A stretch of DNA of 55,283 bases, the filler included, from Catajapyx aquilonaris (taxonomy: Eukaryota), in assembly GCA_000934665.2 (NCBI GenBank). It is 3 parts of 3 records of this genome, joined end to end, with 100 filler letters (N's around TTAATTAATTAA, not from the genome) between each part and the next. Parts side by side here need not be neighbours in the genome. Positions count along the whole stretch, not along the records: positions 36,929 to 55,283 come from KZ539583.1; 2 more parts are not named here. The stretch is one strand, 5' to 3'. Shown one piece after another: positions 36,829-48,083 of the stretch (position 1 is its first letter; every line of letters starts with the position of its first letter). Made by a program: the position numbers and the translations under genes. The notes beneath the pieces were generated by a model. That model ran no database searches, was not told the origin of the DNA, and saw nothing but the letters and a program-made list of their open reading frames with translations.

Positions 36829-36928
36829 NNNNNNNNNNNNNNNNNNNNNNNNNNNNNNNNNNNNNNNNNNNNTTAATTAATTAANNNNNNNNNNNNNNNN
36901 NNNNNNNNNNNNNNNNNNNNNNNNNNNN
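36829..36928. other. Assembly gap with artificial all-frame-stop linker
   Basis: N-run with central TTAATTAATTAA. Confidence 0.95.
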
Positions 36929-37022
36929 TGCTTCGATTGACTGATCTCGACTGGATTTTTGGTACAATTCAAAGCTGTTGAGTTACGTACCCCCTTTTTG
37001 TTGGTAAATTAACAACAATCTG

Positions 37023-37105
<83 letters not shown>
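37023..37105. repeat. (AAT)n microsatellite, ~27 units
   Basis: Seen directly. Confidence 0.95.
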
Positions 37106-37106
<1 letters not shown>

Positions 37107-37709
37107 GATACCTCGCGATATGGCTCCTTGAGTCTTTTAGGGGATGATATTTCCAATAACGGTCTTTAATCATTGCCCGAAAAAAACTACATAAGACTCG
37201 GATATCAAAAAACCGCGCAACTCAGTCTGCTGTAATAAACCGAGTCTGTTGTAGCTAAACACACAGGTCATAGAGTACGTGAGTATGGCGGGACCAGTCT
37301 GCTATAACCAAGGATCGGTTGTAGCCGAGGATGTTATATCCGGATTCAACGTATACATTTTTTGCATGCAAATATTAAATGAAAACGTAAGCATATCCAT
37401 AGCGGTGAGCGGCAGTTTCCCCCCGCGGCTGGCATCAGCGCCTCGAGCGGCGTGCAACGGAAGCGTGCCAGACGATTTACATTAGATGACGGAACCTGGT
37501 TAGAAAAAGCCTTGCTCGACGTCACACGGTGCTCGACGTACTCGAGATCTGAAGAACGCACCCGAATCGAATCCAACATGGCCACCTAAATCTTCCCTGT
37601 TTTGCTTTCACTCTCCAGTTTTGCTGGTATAATTCTGGAGGTTTCCTTCATCAGACCAGGTCTGGTGCAGGGTTGGGTGGACGCGGGTTTGGAGGATAAG
37701 TAGAGGACG

Positions 37710-39462
37710 ATGGAGGGAGGAGGAGAACTGGCGCAGATGATGAGGAGGGTGTTGGAAGAGGTGGTTGGCTGCAGGGAAGTGTTGGTCAGGCTGGAGGGAA
37801 GGATGGGGAATGTTGAGTCCACGGCGAAGAGACTTGAGATGAAGATTGACGCAATGGAGAAGACCCTACTCAACAGGGGAGAAGGAGAAGGATGGGGAGG
37901 TTGGTTGGTTGACTAATAATGATGATAATATAATTGCATCTAATAATGAACTACCATTAGTTTCAGGTGAAGCAGCAGCATGTGAGTCATCAACGACTCA
38001 CATTGAAATAAAGGAAGAATTGCGAACAGGCGAAGACACAATGGTAAACACACTGATCCAGCAAGCAACTTGTGAAAATTATGTTGGACAAGATGGATAC
38101 AAGGAGCAAGTTAGTGTGGAAAACATTTGAACGAATAATATATTAAATACAGCATTCAATAAAACACTACTATTTTATTCTTACAGGATGAAGGATTGGA
38201 AGAGGAACATGCCAACACTTCTAGATGCACAGGGGAAGGAACCAATAGTCAGTGAAATGTGATTCGATGAAAAGTGATATGTAGTGCATTATTCACATTC
38301 CATGTGTTTTCCACAGGGTTTGACATCAGGCAGGATGTTTTTCCTGCTGAAGGAGCAGAAGAGACAGTGGAAGAAGAAACTTGCCATTTGGAGACTCTGC
38401 AGGGCAATTCATCTGATGTGAATAAGCCATCTCTCCCTAAGACAACCATTGTTCATGAAGATGAAGAAGATGAGAAATACTTTGAGACGCAGGTAGTTTG
38501 TGTAGCACTTTGCATGGATTGGCTGAAACTCTTAAAAGTAATTTTTAATGAGCTACCATAGGATACCAGTCTTTTCTTCCCTACTCATTATCTGCCTATT
38601 TTAATGTCACCCTCACCTTCTCTACTCTCATCATCTAATGTTTTTCCCCCCTGTTTATCATGGCATACAAAGCTGTCACAAACAATACGACGTCCCAGTG
38701 CAACACTGTCGTAAGCCAGAACAATGTAAAATGAAGGTTACAATGGTTTTGTTACTAAATATACGCTTAATAAGACTCTTAATAAGACGGGAACACAAAA
38801 TTGCACATTAAGACAGTTTAAGCGTATGCTCCGATGGTTACGATATATTTTCCCCCAGAACCACTGCGCATATTCAATAACAAAACCATTGTAACCTTCA
38901 TGTTACATTGTTGTGGCTTACAATAGTGTTGCACTGGGACGTCGATGTAGATTTTACAGTCATAATTGCTTGTTGTAAATATGTGTCACTGGGAAATGAA
39001 ATGTGATCAAATCGCCATATTATTTTACAACATTATGACTGTCTTTAAAAAAAGTACCGTATATTACATAACAGTAAAATTAGGATTTTTAAAATAATTG
39101 GTTTTAAATTTCCCCCCCGAAGGTACAAAATTGTATTAGATAAAGGGAACCGAAGCAGTAGTGGTATGGAGTGGTATATGGTGTCCGACTGCTAATCGGG
39201 AGGTCCTGGGTTCGAATCCCGGAGGCCGGCAACCCTGATCAAGGTTTTCTGTGGTTTCCCATGGTCATCACAGGATAATTCCGGGGTTGTTACCGTAATT
39301 ATAGGCCACAGCCGCTTCCTTCCTTACCTATCCTTGCCTCAATTCCGATGAAAAAGTATAGTAAAAATGGAAAGAGTTCCAGACAAAAAAAAGGGAGAAA
39401 TCCCCCCCTAATAAAGCCCAAAGGGCTGATAATGGGGTATCTATTATTATTATTATTATTAC

Positions 39463-39512
<50 letters not shown>

Positions 39513-40364
39513 GATAAAGGGAAAGAAATGCATCGAATTTAAGCAATAGCCTAGATATTAATTATTATGCTCTATTTTAATTACCAAGGAGGACTGGAAG
39601 GAAGGCATTTTGGAAGTTGGAGATCAAAATGTGGAGAATGAGAGTCTAGACTCACCAAGTAGAGGAGAAGTAACTCAACAAAAAGAGGTGAGTTAATTCA
39701 TACACTCATTCAATTGTCATGGTTATATTAGTGGTTTGTTAAAGTGATGATATTTAGTATTGATCTATTAATTTCTTGTACAATTGAGGAATGCATTGAC
39801 TGGATATTGCATTAATTTTTTTATTATCACTTCATTTGGGAGCATCCTGTGCAGAATGACAAGTCTGCAAAGGTTCCCTTTCAGAGTGAGGAATTATCTT
39901 CTCAAAGAAAACTGAACGCCTCTGTCAAGCTTCATGAGAAGACTGCAATAAGGAAAAAGGGAAGTGAAGCTGCAGTTGGTGGAGAAAGAATCCAAGAGAT
40001 GAAAAAGACTGAAGATGGCTGGTATCAGTGCGAACTTTGTTCGTATAAGTCTAGACTTAAGTACTGCTTGACCAGGCATTTCAGAACTCACAGTGGAGAG
40101 AAGCAATTCACTTGTCAGCATTGCCAGAGGAAATTTACACGGAAGGATTTGATGAATGTTCATATCAATTCTGTACACTCTGGCAAGAAACAATTCACTT
40201 GCAATCATTGTAATAGTAAATTTGCACATAAGCATCACATGATTGTTCATATTAATGCTGTTCACGTTGGCAAGAAGCCACATGAATGTACATTTTGCAC
40301 TCAGAAATTTGCTTACAGCCATGTTTTGAAAAGGCATGTGGATTCTTATCACGTGAATATATAA
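37710..40364 (+). CDS. C2H2 zinc-finger protein; predicted exons 37710-37899, 37967-38109 (or -38043), 38187-38247, 38317-38492, 39589-39687, 39843 (or 39855)-40364
   Basis: All six exons join with compatible GT-AG phases (1,0,1,0,0). Coiled-coil-like N-terminus, acidic IKEE-containing linker, and four C2H2 fingers with HSGEK/HSGKK-type linkers in the last exon. Confidence 0.8.
38688..38944. mobile_element. Foldback MITE in ZNF intron 4
   Basis: ~80-bp imperfect inverted arms cgacgtcccagtgcaacact... / ...agtgttgcactgggacgtcg. Confidence 0.75.
39150..39507 (+). mobile_element. Full-length tRNA-derived SINE with (TTA)n tail and 16-bp target duplication
   Basis: A-box-like gtggtatggagtggta, B-box GGTTCGAATCC, core GGTTTTCTGTGGTTTCCC typical of insect SINEs, (TTA)n tail. 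TATTAGATAAAGGGAA is duplicated at 39134-39149 and 39508-39523. Confidence 0.9.
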
Positions 40365-40752
40365 AACCTTACTCATGTGAAGTTTGTGGTGAGAAATTTA
40401 CACGTGCACACGCTGTTCAGGTCCACATGCACAGTGTCATGAGAAAAGTAACCCTTACCTATGCGTAAAATGTGGGAAGAAATAGCGGCCAAGACAATCT
40501 CATGGAGTACATGACCCCCCATCATGTGACAGGAAATTAGGTTGAAGGGTTAAGTGAAATTATTCTTGTGAAGACAAGAATATTATTGTAGTGATTGTCA
40601 CATTCTGACTCAGACTATGCAGAAAGAAAAATAATATAAGACTGATGTCTTTGTGTGGAGTGGAAGGACAGAAGGTTCAGGGATGCAATTGTGTTGATTT
40701 TTATAACAATGCTGGTATGCGATATATTTTCATCATGTTTAATATCACAATT

Positions 40753-41405
40753 GAGGGGGTGAAAATCAAAAACCGACAGCTCCGTCATAAACATAACGAA
40801 GAAAAACGAAGAAAATCTTACAGTTACGCCGTATGTCAACGCAGACACCTGAATGTAGCAGCTTTACTAGCAACTCAACCATTGGTAAGTTATTATGAAA
40901 TCATCCACCATAACCCAATGAGCTGTGGACCGTCCATTCCACCACTGCCGGTTTTTGATTTGCAACAGGCTGGAGTTGGCGCTTTTTGATGCAAAATTGA
41001 GTGAGGAAAACAGGAACGGGTTTATCCGGTGTGTAAATGTTTAAGTTTATTCCACGCTTACATACCAACGTTCCATTACATTATGCAAGGTGTTCTGTTA
41101 AATGCGCATCTCATTCGCACCGTCGTTATCCGTACGAGCTTCGCAGTATGTACTGTCTCCCATGTCAGCTTTAGTTTCGTGATGGAGCTGGCGGTTTTTG
41201 ATCTGTGATTTTCTGCGAGTGGGGATGGAGCTTGCGGTTTTTGTTACGGAGGTCACTTTTCACCCCTGAATTTGATGGCTTTGTTGTAGGGTTTTAAATA
41301 CCATATTCAGGTATTATGTACTCCATGGCATGAGGAATGCATTGCCGGCGCTAACTGATTTTTTTTTGTTTTTTGGAGCTGTCGGTTTTTGATTTTCACC
41401 CCCTC
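40753..41405. mobile_element. Non-autonomous DNA transposon, Sola-like
   Basis: Perfect 31-bp TIR GAGGGGGTGAAAATCAAAAACCGACAGCTCC flanked by AATT on both sides. GAG termini with a 4-bp TSD fit Sola, but the superfamily call is inference. Confidence 0.75.
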
Positions 41406-43214
41406 AATTTGACTCTTGACATCTACCTACTTGTGAGTTAAAATTTTTATATCCTTTTACGTTACAAAATAACAACATGCCAATTATGGTGAGGCTCTTA
41501 CTCTGCCATCATGAGCAGCCTGCCCCACCAGTGTCAAATCGTCATTAGCAATAATCAAGACAATTCCATTGCAAGTGACAAGAAGCATTTAATTGAAAAC
41601 GTTATTAATTCTGTTTTCTTAGTCTTCACTATGTACGTGACTATTTTTCTTTCACCGTTTTGCAACTGTAAATCATGAACTTGGAACTGAACAGCTACTG
41701 TACTATTGCAGAAAAGGTCAATGTAATAATAATAATAATAATCAGGCATGAAATAATCCAACTTTTTGGTGATACTTTTTTTGTGGCTGATGTTTGGATA
41801 ACTTTTTGCCCAGATTTTCATGGACCTTCAGCAACCGTTTTTGAGCGAACCATTTATATCATACATTATGATGATAAATGTTTTCTATTTCTGTATGATG
41901 ATTCTGTATGTAATAGTATGGTACAAATAAAGTCGTACCAAAAATCACATCATTTGGTATATGAATGCAGTGATAATGATGTCGGGTTTTATTATTGCCA
42001 AACAATACGAATACTTGCAGAGCAATTCCAAAGGATGCCAGGGACCAAGGCAGCACTAATGACGATGGAAAGTAATTTGGGGTTGTTAAATATAGCATTA
42101 TTTAATTCGAAATATTTCGAATTTCGCGCCTTTTTTCTCCCTCCTCCCCTTTCCCCCATTATTCCCCTCCTTCCCCCTGTATCTTTGTCCATTCTTTCAG
42201 AAGGTTCGTTTTTTCGATTTTTCTTCCATCTGATCGTCCTTATTAGTCGGGGAGCTAGGACAGTCCTGTTGGCATTTTGAGAGCCACGGGTTTTGTTTGT
42301 TTTGGGCTAATTCCATGCAAAAGTATACATCAGGGTCAGATTTTAAAATAAATAATTTCTATGATATTAAGATATTTTCTGAAAGCTGAGATTGTGTATT
42401 TTTTATTTTTCAACAGATATTAGAGAATTTTCGCATACATTCAAGTTAACAACACTGTTTATTTCAAATATGGCGGGTGTGTAAATTTTTTTGTTCTAAG
42501 TCTCCATAAAAATCTTCATAATTCAACAAGTAATTTAGTAATGACTTATTCAGCATAAAACTTAGCAATTTAAATACCATCTTTGTGTGTCGTGTAAGTC
42601 ACAGTTTTTAGACCTTTTTAAAATTTTTAGCTATAGTACCAAAATCTAAAAGTTGATATTAGTTACCTTCTCACTACACAGTAGGACCCTTCAAATAATA
42701 GTAATAATTTTGAGGTAATTTTTGCCTGAACATTATTATGGCCATTTAATTCTTGTTGTGTAAGTCACACTTCGGCTTGGATGCCACTGTCACTATTGTT
42801 TCCCGGCTGTTAAAATGCCACTTACAGTAGTGGAATGGAAGAAAAAGCAAATGTCATAGTTAAAGCAAGAAGAGAAGTAAGAGCTGTCCTAGATAAGTGC
42901 ATTGGAAAGGCAAAAATACAGGTGTAATTTTTTAAAAAATTGTGACTTTTAGTGAGAGAGACGCTTTGAAGATAAAATGTAGAGTTTGAGAAGCCATCAA
43001 TGCCAGACAGTTTGATCCAAAAGCAGCTGGAGAATTTGCAGAAGTTGCCCATAGCGTTGATCCAAATATTAATATTATATTCATTGAATCAAAGGACATT
43101 GAATGAAGAATAGCTACCCTTGATGAAATGTGAATTCCTACTAGAAAATAAGTTGTTTATTATCCTGACTAAGAAAATCTCATTATTTCAGTACACTTGG
43201 ACATTGTGAACTAA

Positions 43215-43498
43215 CAGCGGTTCTCAAACTGTGTTCCGCGGAACCCTAGGGTTCCGTGACACCAGCGTAGGGGTTCCGCAAAAGATTTGGAAAATATAAA
43301 AAATTAAATTTTGTGCCTAAAAAACAATTGCATCATTGCCTTGAAAAAAAAATAGCATAACCTTGCCCTACCATTTAACAACAAAAATACTTGTAGGTAT
43401 TCCTAGCATAAATTATGAGTAAGATTAGGGTTCGGGGTTCCGCAAACGAACTATGAGGTAAATAGGGTTCCGCGGCCCAAAAAGTTTGAGAACCGCTG
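43215..43498. mobile_element. hAT (Charlie/Buster-like) MITE
   Basis: TIR CAGCGGTTCTCAAACT / AGTTTGAGAACCGCTG with subterminal GGGTTCCG repeats; the expected 8-bp TSD is not clean. Confidence 0.75.
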
Positions 43499-44240
43499 AA
43501 CTAGAATATTCTCTTATTTCCAATGCTTCCATTCTTGCGTTTTATATTGGTTATTTTTAACTTGACTTGACTGCAAATGTAATGGACAGAACTCACCACA
43601 TGCTTTGTTGGGCAAGTTATACCAATTTATATACCATTTTATACACACATATGGACTACATACATTGTATAGTAACCTACATACACATTCCGCCTTCACG
43701 TATTCATTGTATTCCATGACAGGGTGGCCAGCGATGACCATCAGGTATCACACCTGGCCATCTCACATGGCAATGCAATGAATCCACTGCTGTGTGCTCG
43801 GGTACACACATTATACATGCATTATACATGTTCAAAATAATGTTAATTATAAGAATTGTTGCCCTGCACATTCTCATCTAGGCCTATCATTTAAATGTTT
43901 GAATAAAATAACATGTAATAATAGAGATTACTTTGTTTCTGTCCTAAAAATCTAAAATTCTTCTCATAAATCTGATTAGAAAGCAATGAGGACAAAAGTG
44001 TCGTGTAAGTCACGTTTCGAGTGTCGTGTAAGTCACAAAAGAAAAAATTTATTTCTTGTAAAATTAATAACATAACACCAAGTTCACATATTATTTAAAT
44101 TTGGGTCTTTGAAAATATCTTCCCTACAATAACACTAACAATTAAGTCATAACTGTGAAGAATTTTACATTCATATCTGAAGCCTCCGTTACCAGTGGCT
44201 TTCTTGTAGTGTAAGTCACACATTCCTTTTTATATTTATA

Positions 44241-44678
44241 CAAGGTGTATCAAAACTCTACCATAAGCCATATGCCAATGGCATAAGGAGCACCAGAGCA
44301 CGATTATATGTAGAGGGGTCATCATCTCTAGGCCGCCTCATTACGGAGATAATTGCCTTCAAACACGTAGTACAAAGTATCCTGGGAGGTATGGAAACCT
44401 TCAGCCCCGACATCGCATCACTCGTGAAAATAGCAGCTTTTCCATTTAGCTACTAGCATGTCGCATGTGTACTGCATGTCGCATGTGATCTGTGACAATT
44501 TGTGACCATCTGTGACAATCTGTGACAATCACTCTTAGGCCCAATTGCTAAAACGCAAATGATCAATTATCTCAGTAATGAGGCTGCCCAGACATAATGA
44601 CTCCTCTACATTATTTGATCCCCTGGTGCCCCTTATGCCATTGGCATATGGCTTATGGTAGAGTTTTGATACACCCTG
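44241..44678. mobile_element. Tc1/mariner-type foldback MITE
   Basis: ta|CAAGGTGTATCAAAACTCTACCATAAGCC ... GGCTTATGGTAGAGTTTTGATACACCCTG|ta with long inverted arms. Confidence 0.85.
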
Positions 44679-44999
44679 TATAACTCAAATGAAATGTGCA
44701 ACTGTTAAAATTAAAACATTAATTAACACTTAGATACAAAGTGCATAATTAGGTCTAAACACCCTTTCCTTAAATGCTACGTTTGTGGTTTAAAAATGTA
44801 AAAGTTAGGCATAAACTGAGTGTCATGTCGTGTAAGTCACGCGTGGAATTAGCCTTTGATAAATTGTACTATGTCCAGGGTTAAAAAAAAGTTGGTCACA
44901 TGTTCTGAATAGTGGTCAGTTTTGAGAAAATGGCCGCCACCTTGAATCTTTGAAATTCTTGTAAAATAATATTTTGGTGTCTAATATAGGGTTGTTATA

Positions 45000-45560
45000 C
45001 AGGGTGTTTATTGTAACTCTGCAAAGACTTTCAGGGGTAATAGAGGGGACCAATACAAGTATTTTTGACATAGGAACCCGTGTCCGGAAACGCCATCTAG
45101 AGGCGGTTCATAGACGAGGAACGGGTGCGCTCAGACACGTCACGCGAGAGGCGCTAGGCGAGATGACTGTTTTGTTGATAGGTGGCGCTCGGATAGTAAC
45201 CAACGATGCGATGTGCCATAACGTGGCAACAGCAGAGCCATCTAGCAACTAAAGTCCGCCTCCTAGGAGACGCGTGGATAGTCAATAGCGGTTCTGCTGT
45301 TGCCAGGTTATGGCGTATCGCGTTGCTGTTTGCTTACAACGACCCGATACGCCATAACCTGGCAACAACTGCGCGCCATCCATCAACAAAACAGTCCGCT
45401 CGCCTAGCGCCTCTCGCCTGACGCGTCTGAGCGCACCCGTTCCTTGTCTATGAACCCCCTCTAGACACGTTTCCGGACACAGGTTCCTATGTCAAAAATA
45501 CTTGTCTTGGTCCCCTCTATTACCCCTGAAAGTATTTGCAGAGTTACAATAAACACCCTG
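45000..45560. mobile_element. Tc1/mariner-type foldback MITE
   Basis: ta|CAGGGTGTTTATTGTAACTCTGCAAA ... TTTGCAGAGTTACAATAAACACCCTG|ta; nearly the whole element is self-complementary. Confidence 0.88.
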
Positions 45561-45789
45561 TATATCATTTTATATGTTTTCAGGAGTCCTGAGTTCAAAA
45601 TGAGCAATGAATGTGCTCCAAATATGATACAAAGTGTGATATTACACATTTTCAAGTGAAATTCTTATGCAAACACTGTGCTGAACCATTTACATGACAA
45701 GAGAAAAATAAAACAAAAACTTAATGACATTCTTTTATTTAGGCTATCTCTTTGGCACATTTAAACATGAATTTTTCTCCTTGCATTTG

Positions 45790-46690
45790 CAAAATGCACA
45801 ACAGAATAAATTTGCAACCCGGCAAGGGCAAATATTAGCTCTTGCACATTTCAGGCAGGTACAGGGAGACACCAAATCAGGTCTCAAATGCTCTGATGTT
45901 ATGATAGGCTAGAAAACGTCTTCTTCTTCTGTGTAACCAAATTCTAGTGGGTCCAGTGATGGTTTTCCCTGTAGCACATTTTTCATATGTAGCACTGAAG
46001 GTATGCACGCTTAATATGATGCAACATTGTTGATGAAGGTGGACACAGTTGAGAGAAATTTATTACCTTTGCTTTGTGGTATTGTTGGTAACATCGAACC
46101 CCATCACAGTTTGTTTTAGAACAACCAAGTACTTTTGCAATAAACAGTTCAGAATTTTTAATCATGTCTTCATCAAGAGGAGCAGCCCCAAAATTACTGA
46201 GCAGTTTCCCAGAAGAAATGGCTATTTAAAGCGCCATAGATTTTGTTCCTACCTTGCTCGTTGGATCGGAACCAGTTAATCAATGGGCTGCTGGTAGAAC
46301 TGACAACAGAACGTCATCCATGTTTTCCATAATTTTGTGAAGTGGTATGTATTTCATACTCGTGTTTCTTTGATTGTCCACAGTTCCTTAAGGCCACCTT
46401 TTTGAAAACTATTTTTGAAGTGGTATAGTGCAGAGACCATAACATCTCTATCCGCTGAAGCTATCATAACTCTTTCAACAAAATCAGTTTCAACTGTGTT
46501 TTCAATGTGTTTCATGATCCTATCATCAGCTTCCTCGGCATCACCATAGAGTGATGGCACCAAACTTATAGCACCATCCACCAATTTCAAGCATATCTTG
46601 GGGTTGTTTGTGGCCTCCTCCCAAATACAACGGTATTCCGCTGTTTCTCTTATTCACAATCCAGTCAATGAATAGCTCCTGAAATTGAGT
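45790..46690 (-). pseudogene. Decayed C-terminal fragment of an older Academ-like transposase (XPG-like and Cys-rich region)
   Basis: AEEADDRIMKH..IASADRDVMV..LKELW and L.PSS..LHHIKRAYLQ match the ADALI/ADTDILV and LPPT..HSLRVYHQ motifs of the intact element downstream; multiple frameshifts. Confidence 0.65.
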
Positions 46691-48083
46691 TCTTATTAGC
46701 TAAATTGACATATGACTCCTAAAAGAGGAGTCAAGGGGTCATGCAGCGGAGGTCACTTTTGGTCAGTTTTTGTCCTATTGGGGTCGCCCACCTACCCAAC
46801 AAATTTGAAGAAAATCGGATGGAAACTATGGGATTTGCTAAATTGACATGTACCCCTAAAATAAAGGTCAAGAGATCAATATGACCAGGTCATTTCAGGT
46901 AGATTTTTCACGCATTTTGGTGGGCCAACTACCCAACAAATTCGAAGAAAATCGGATGGAAACGACGGCGAATCGAAAAATTGTGAGCTTATCCAGTGAT
47001 ACTGCGATTTGTGAGGGCTATTTAAACCTATTACAGTTGAATCCGGATATAATAGACTTCAAGGGAACGAGAAAATCAGTCTGTTATAACCGAGGCCTTT
47101 AGGCCTAATAGCCAAATCGCCATTTTTGCAACGAATCCTACCGGTAGCCTACACAAGTTTTCTGCTTTCATAAAACAGTACTCTTGACAACGAATGTTGA
47201 AATCTGAGTTCTGAGGGGTTTGTAATTTTTGTCATAATGGAGTTCCTCGTCCCTGAAAACCCAGTAAACGACACCAGAACGACCACCACAGCCCAACATA
47301 TACGCCGAAAACACGCAATTTTCGCTTACGCCCTTTTAAAACTTTGTGTAACTGTACCTTTTGGATGTCATGCTAAACCGGTACGCAGTGACAGTGCTCA
47401 AAGGGAGGACAGTAGCCCACTAGTGGACCATAAATTGACCAAAATTTTCATACCTATTTGATATTATGGCAGTGATAATTTTCTTATTAGGATTAATGAT
47501 TAAAATGGACTGCGCGAACATCTCCCCCCCCCTCCCCAACAAAATAATAATCCTAAGTCCAAATTGACAAACATTGATCGAAAGGAAAGTTAAGGCAGAG
47601 ACACGACGAGGTTAAGCTAATAGACAGCAACAGCATATTTCATTATGAAAATAATGATGTCAACTCATACTGGCACTCAATTGGATGCTGTGAAAGAAAG
47701 ATGGGGCAAGATTACACACGGACGATAATATATTTTGCCTCGCATGCGATATTTGCGATTATACCTTACAGTAAAACAGTATACATCACATCAATATGTT
47801 TATAACTGCTCAATGATTGTAGGAAACCACATCACATGATTATGAGAACATTTTGATCTCAGATCTAACAAAAACGAAAAACCTTTTAAAGGTATATGCT
47901 GGGATCTGGTGATCTTTGAACCGGAGTGTGAGGTTCTAATTTATGATAGACGAGAATCTTGGATCACGGTTCTTGAGATTCTCATCATTCCCATGCATGT
48001 GGGTCACACTTGAACCGAGTGGAAGTACCCTCGCCAGCGCTCTGAGTCTGCACGCTCTCCATCATATCGTCCAAGAGTTTATA

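Larger units (their letters stand above)
42305..44854. mobile_element. Unclassified TIR element with 4-bp TSD and repeated internal motif
   Basis: TTTG|GGCTAATTCCA ... TGGAATTAGCC|TTTG; six same-orientation GTnGTGTAAGTCAC motifs (~42589, 42755, 44000, 44023, 44206, 44827). Confidence 0.6.

Noticed and set aside
39155..39225. tRNA-like sequence (also ~9815-9890 on the minus strand)
   Set aside because: No proper acceptor stem or terminator; continues into a SINE body, so called a SINE rather than a tRNA.
39328..39546. Poly-Ile / poly-Leu ORFs
   Set aside because: Translations of the SINE (TTA)n tail.
41675..42280. 201-aa ORF
   Set aside because: AT-rich low-complexity sequence with no domain; not supportable as a gene.
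42589..44840. Repeated GTGTAAGTCAC motif as a possible CRISPR-like array
   Set aside because: Short, irregularly spaced, eukaryotic context, no cas genes; better explained as transposon-internal motifs.
47032..47480. Tigger-like left end (ta|CAGTTGAATCCGGATATAA) and other TE-like fragments; related right end near 37330-37352
   Set aside because: No matching partner TIR or TSD nearby, so element boundaries cannot be supported.
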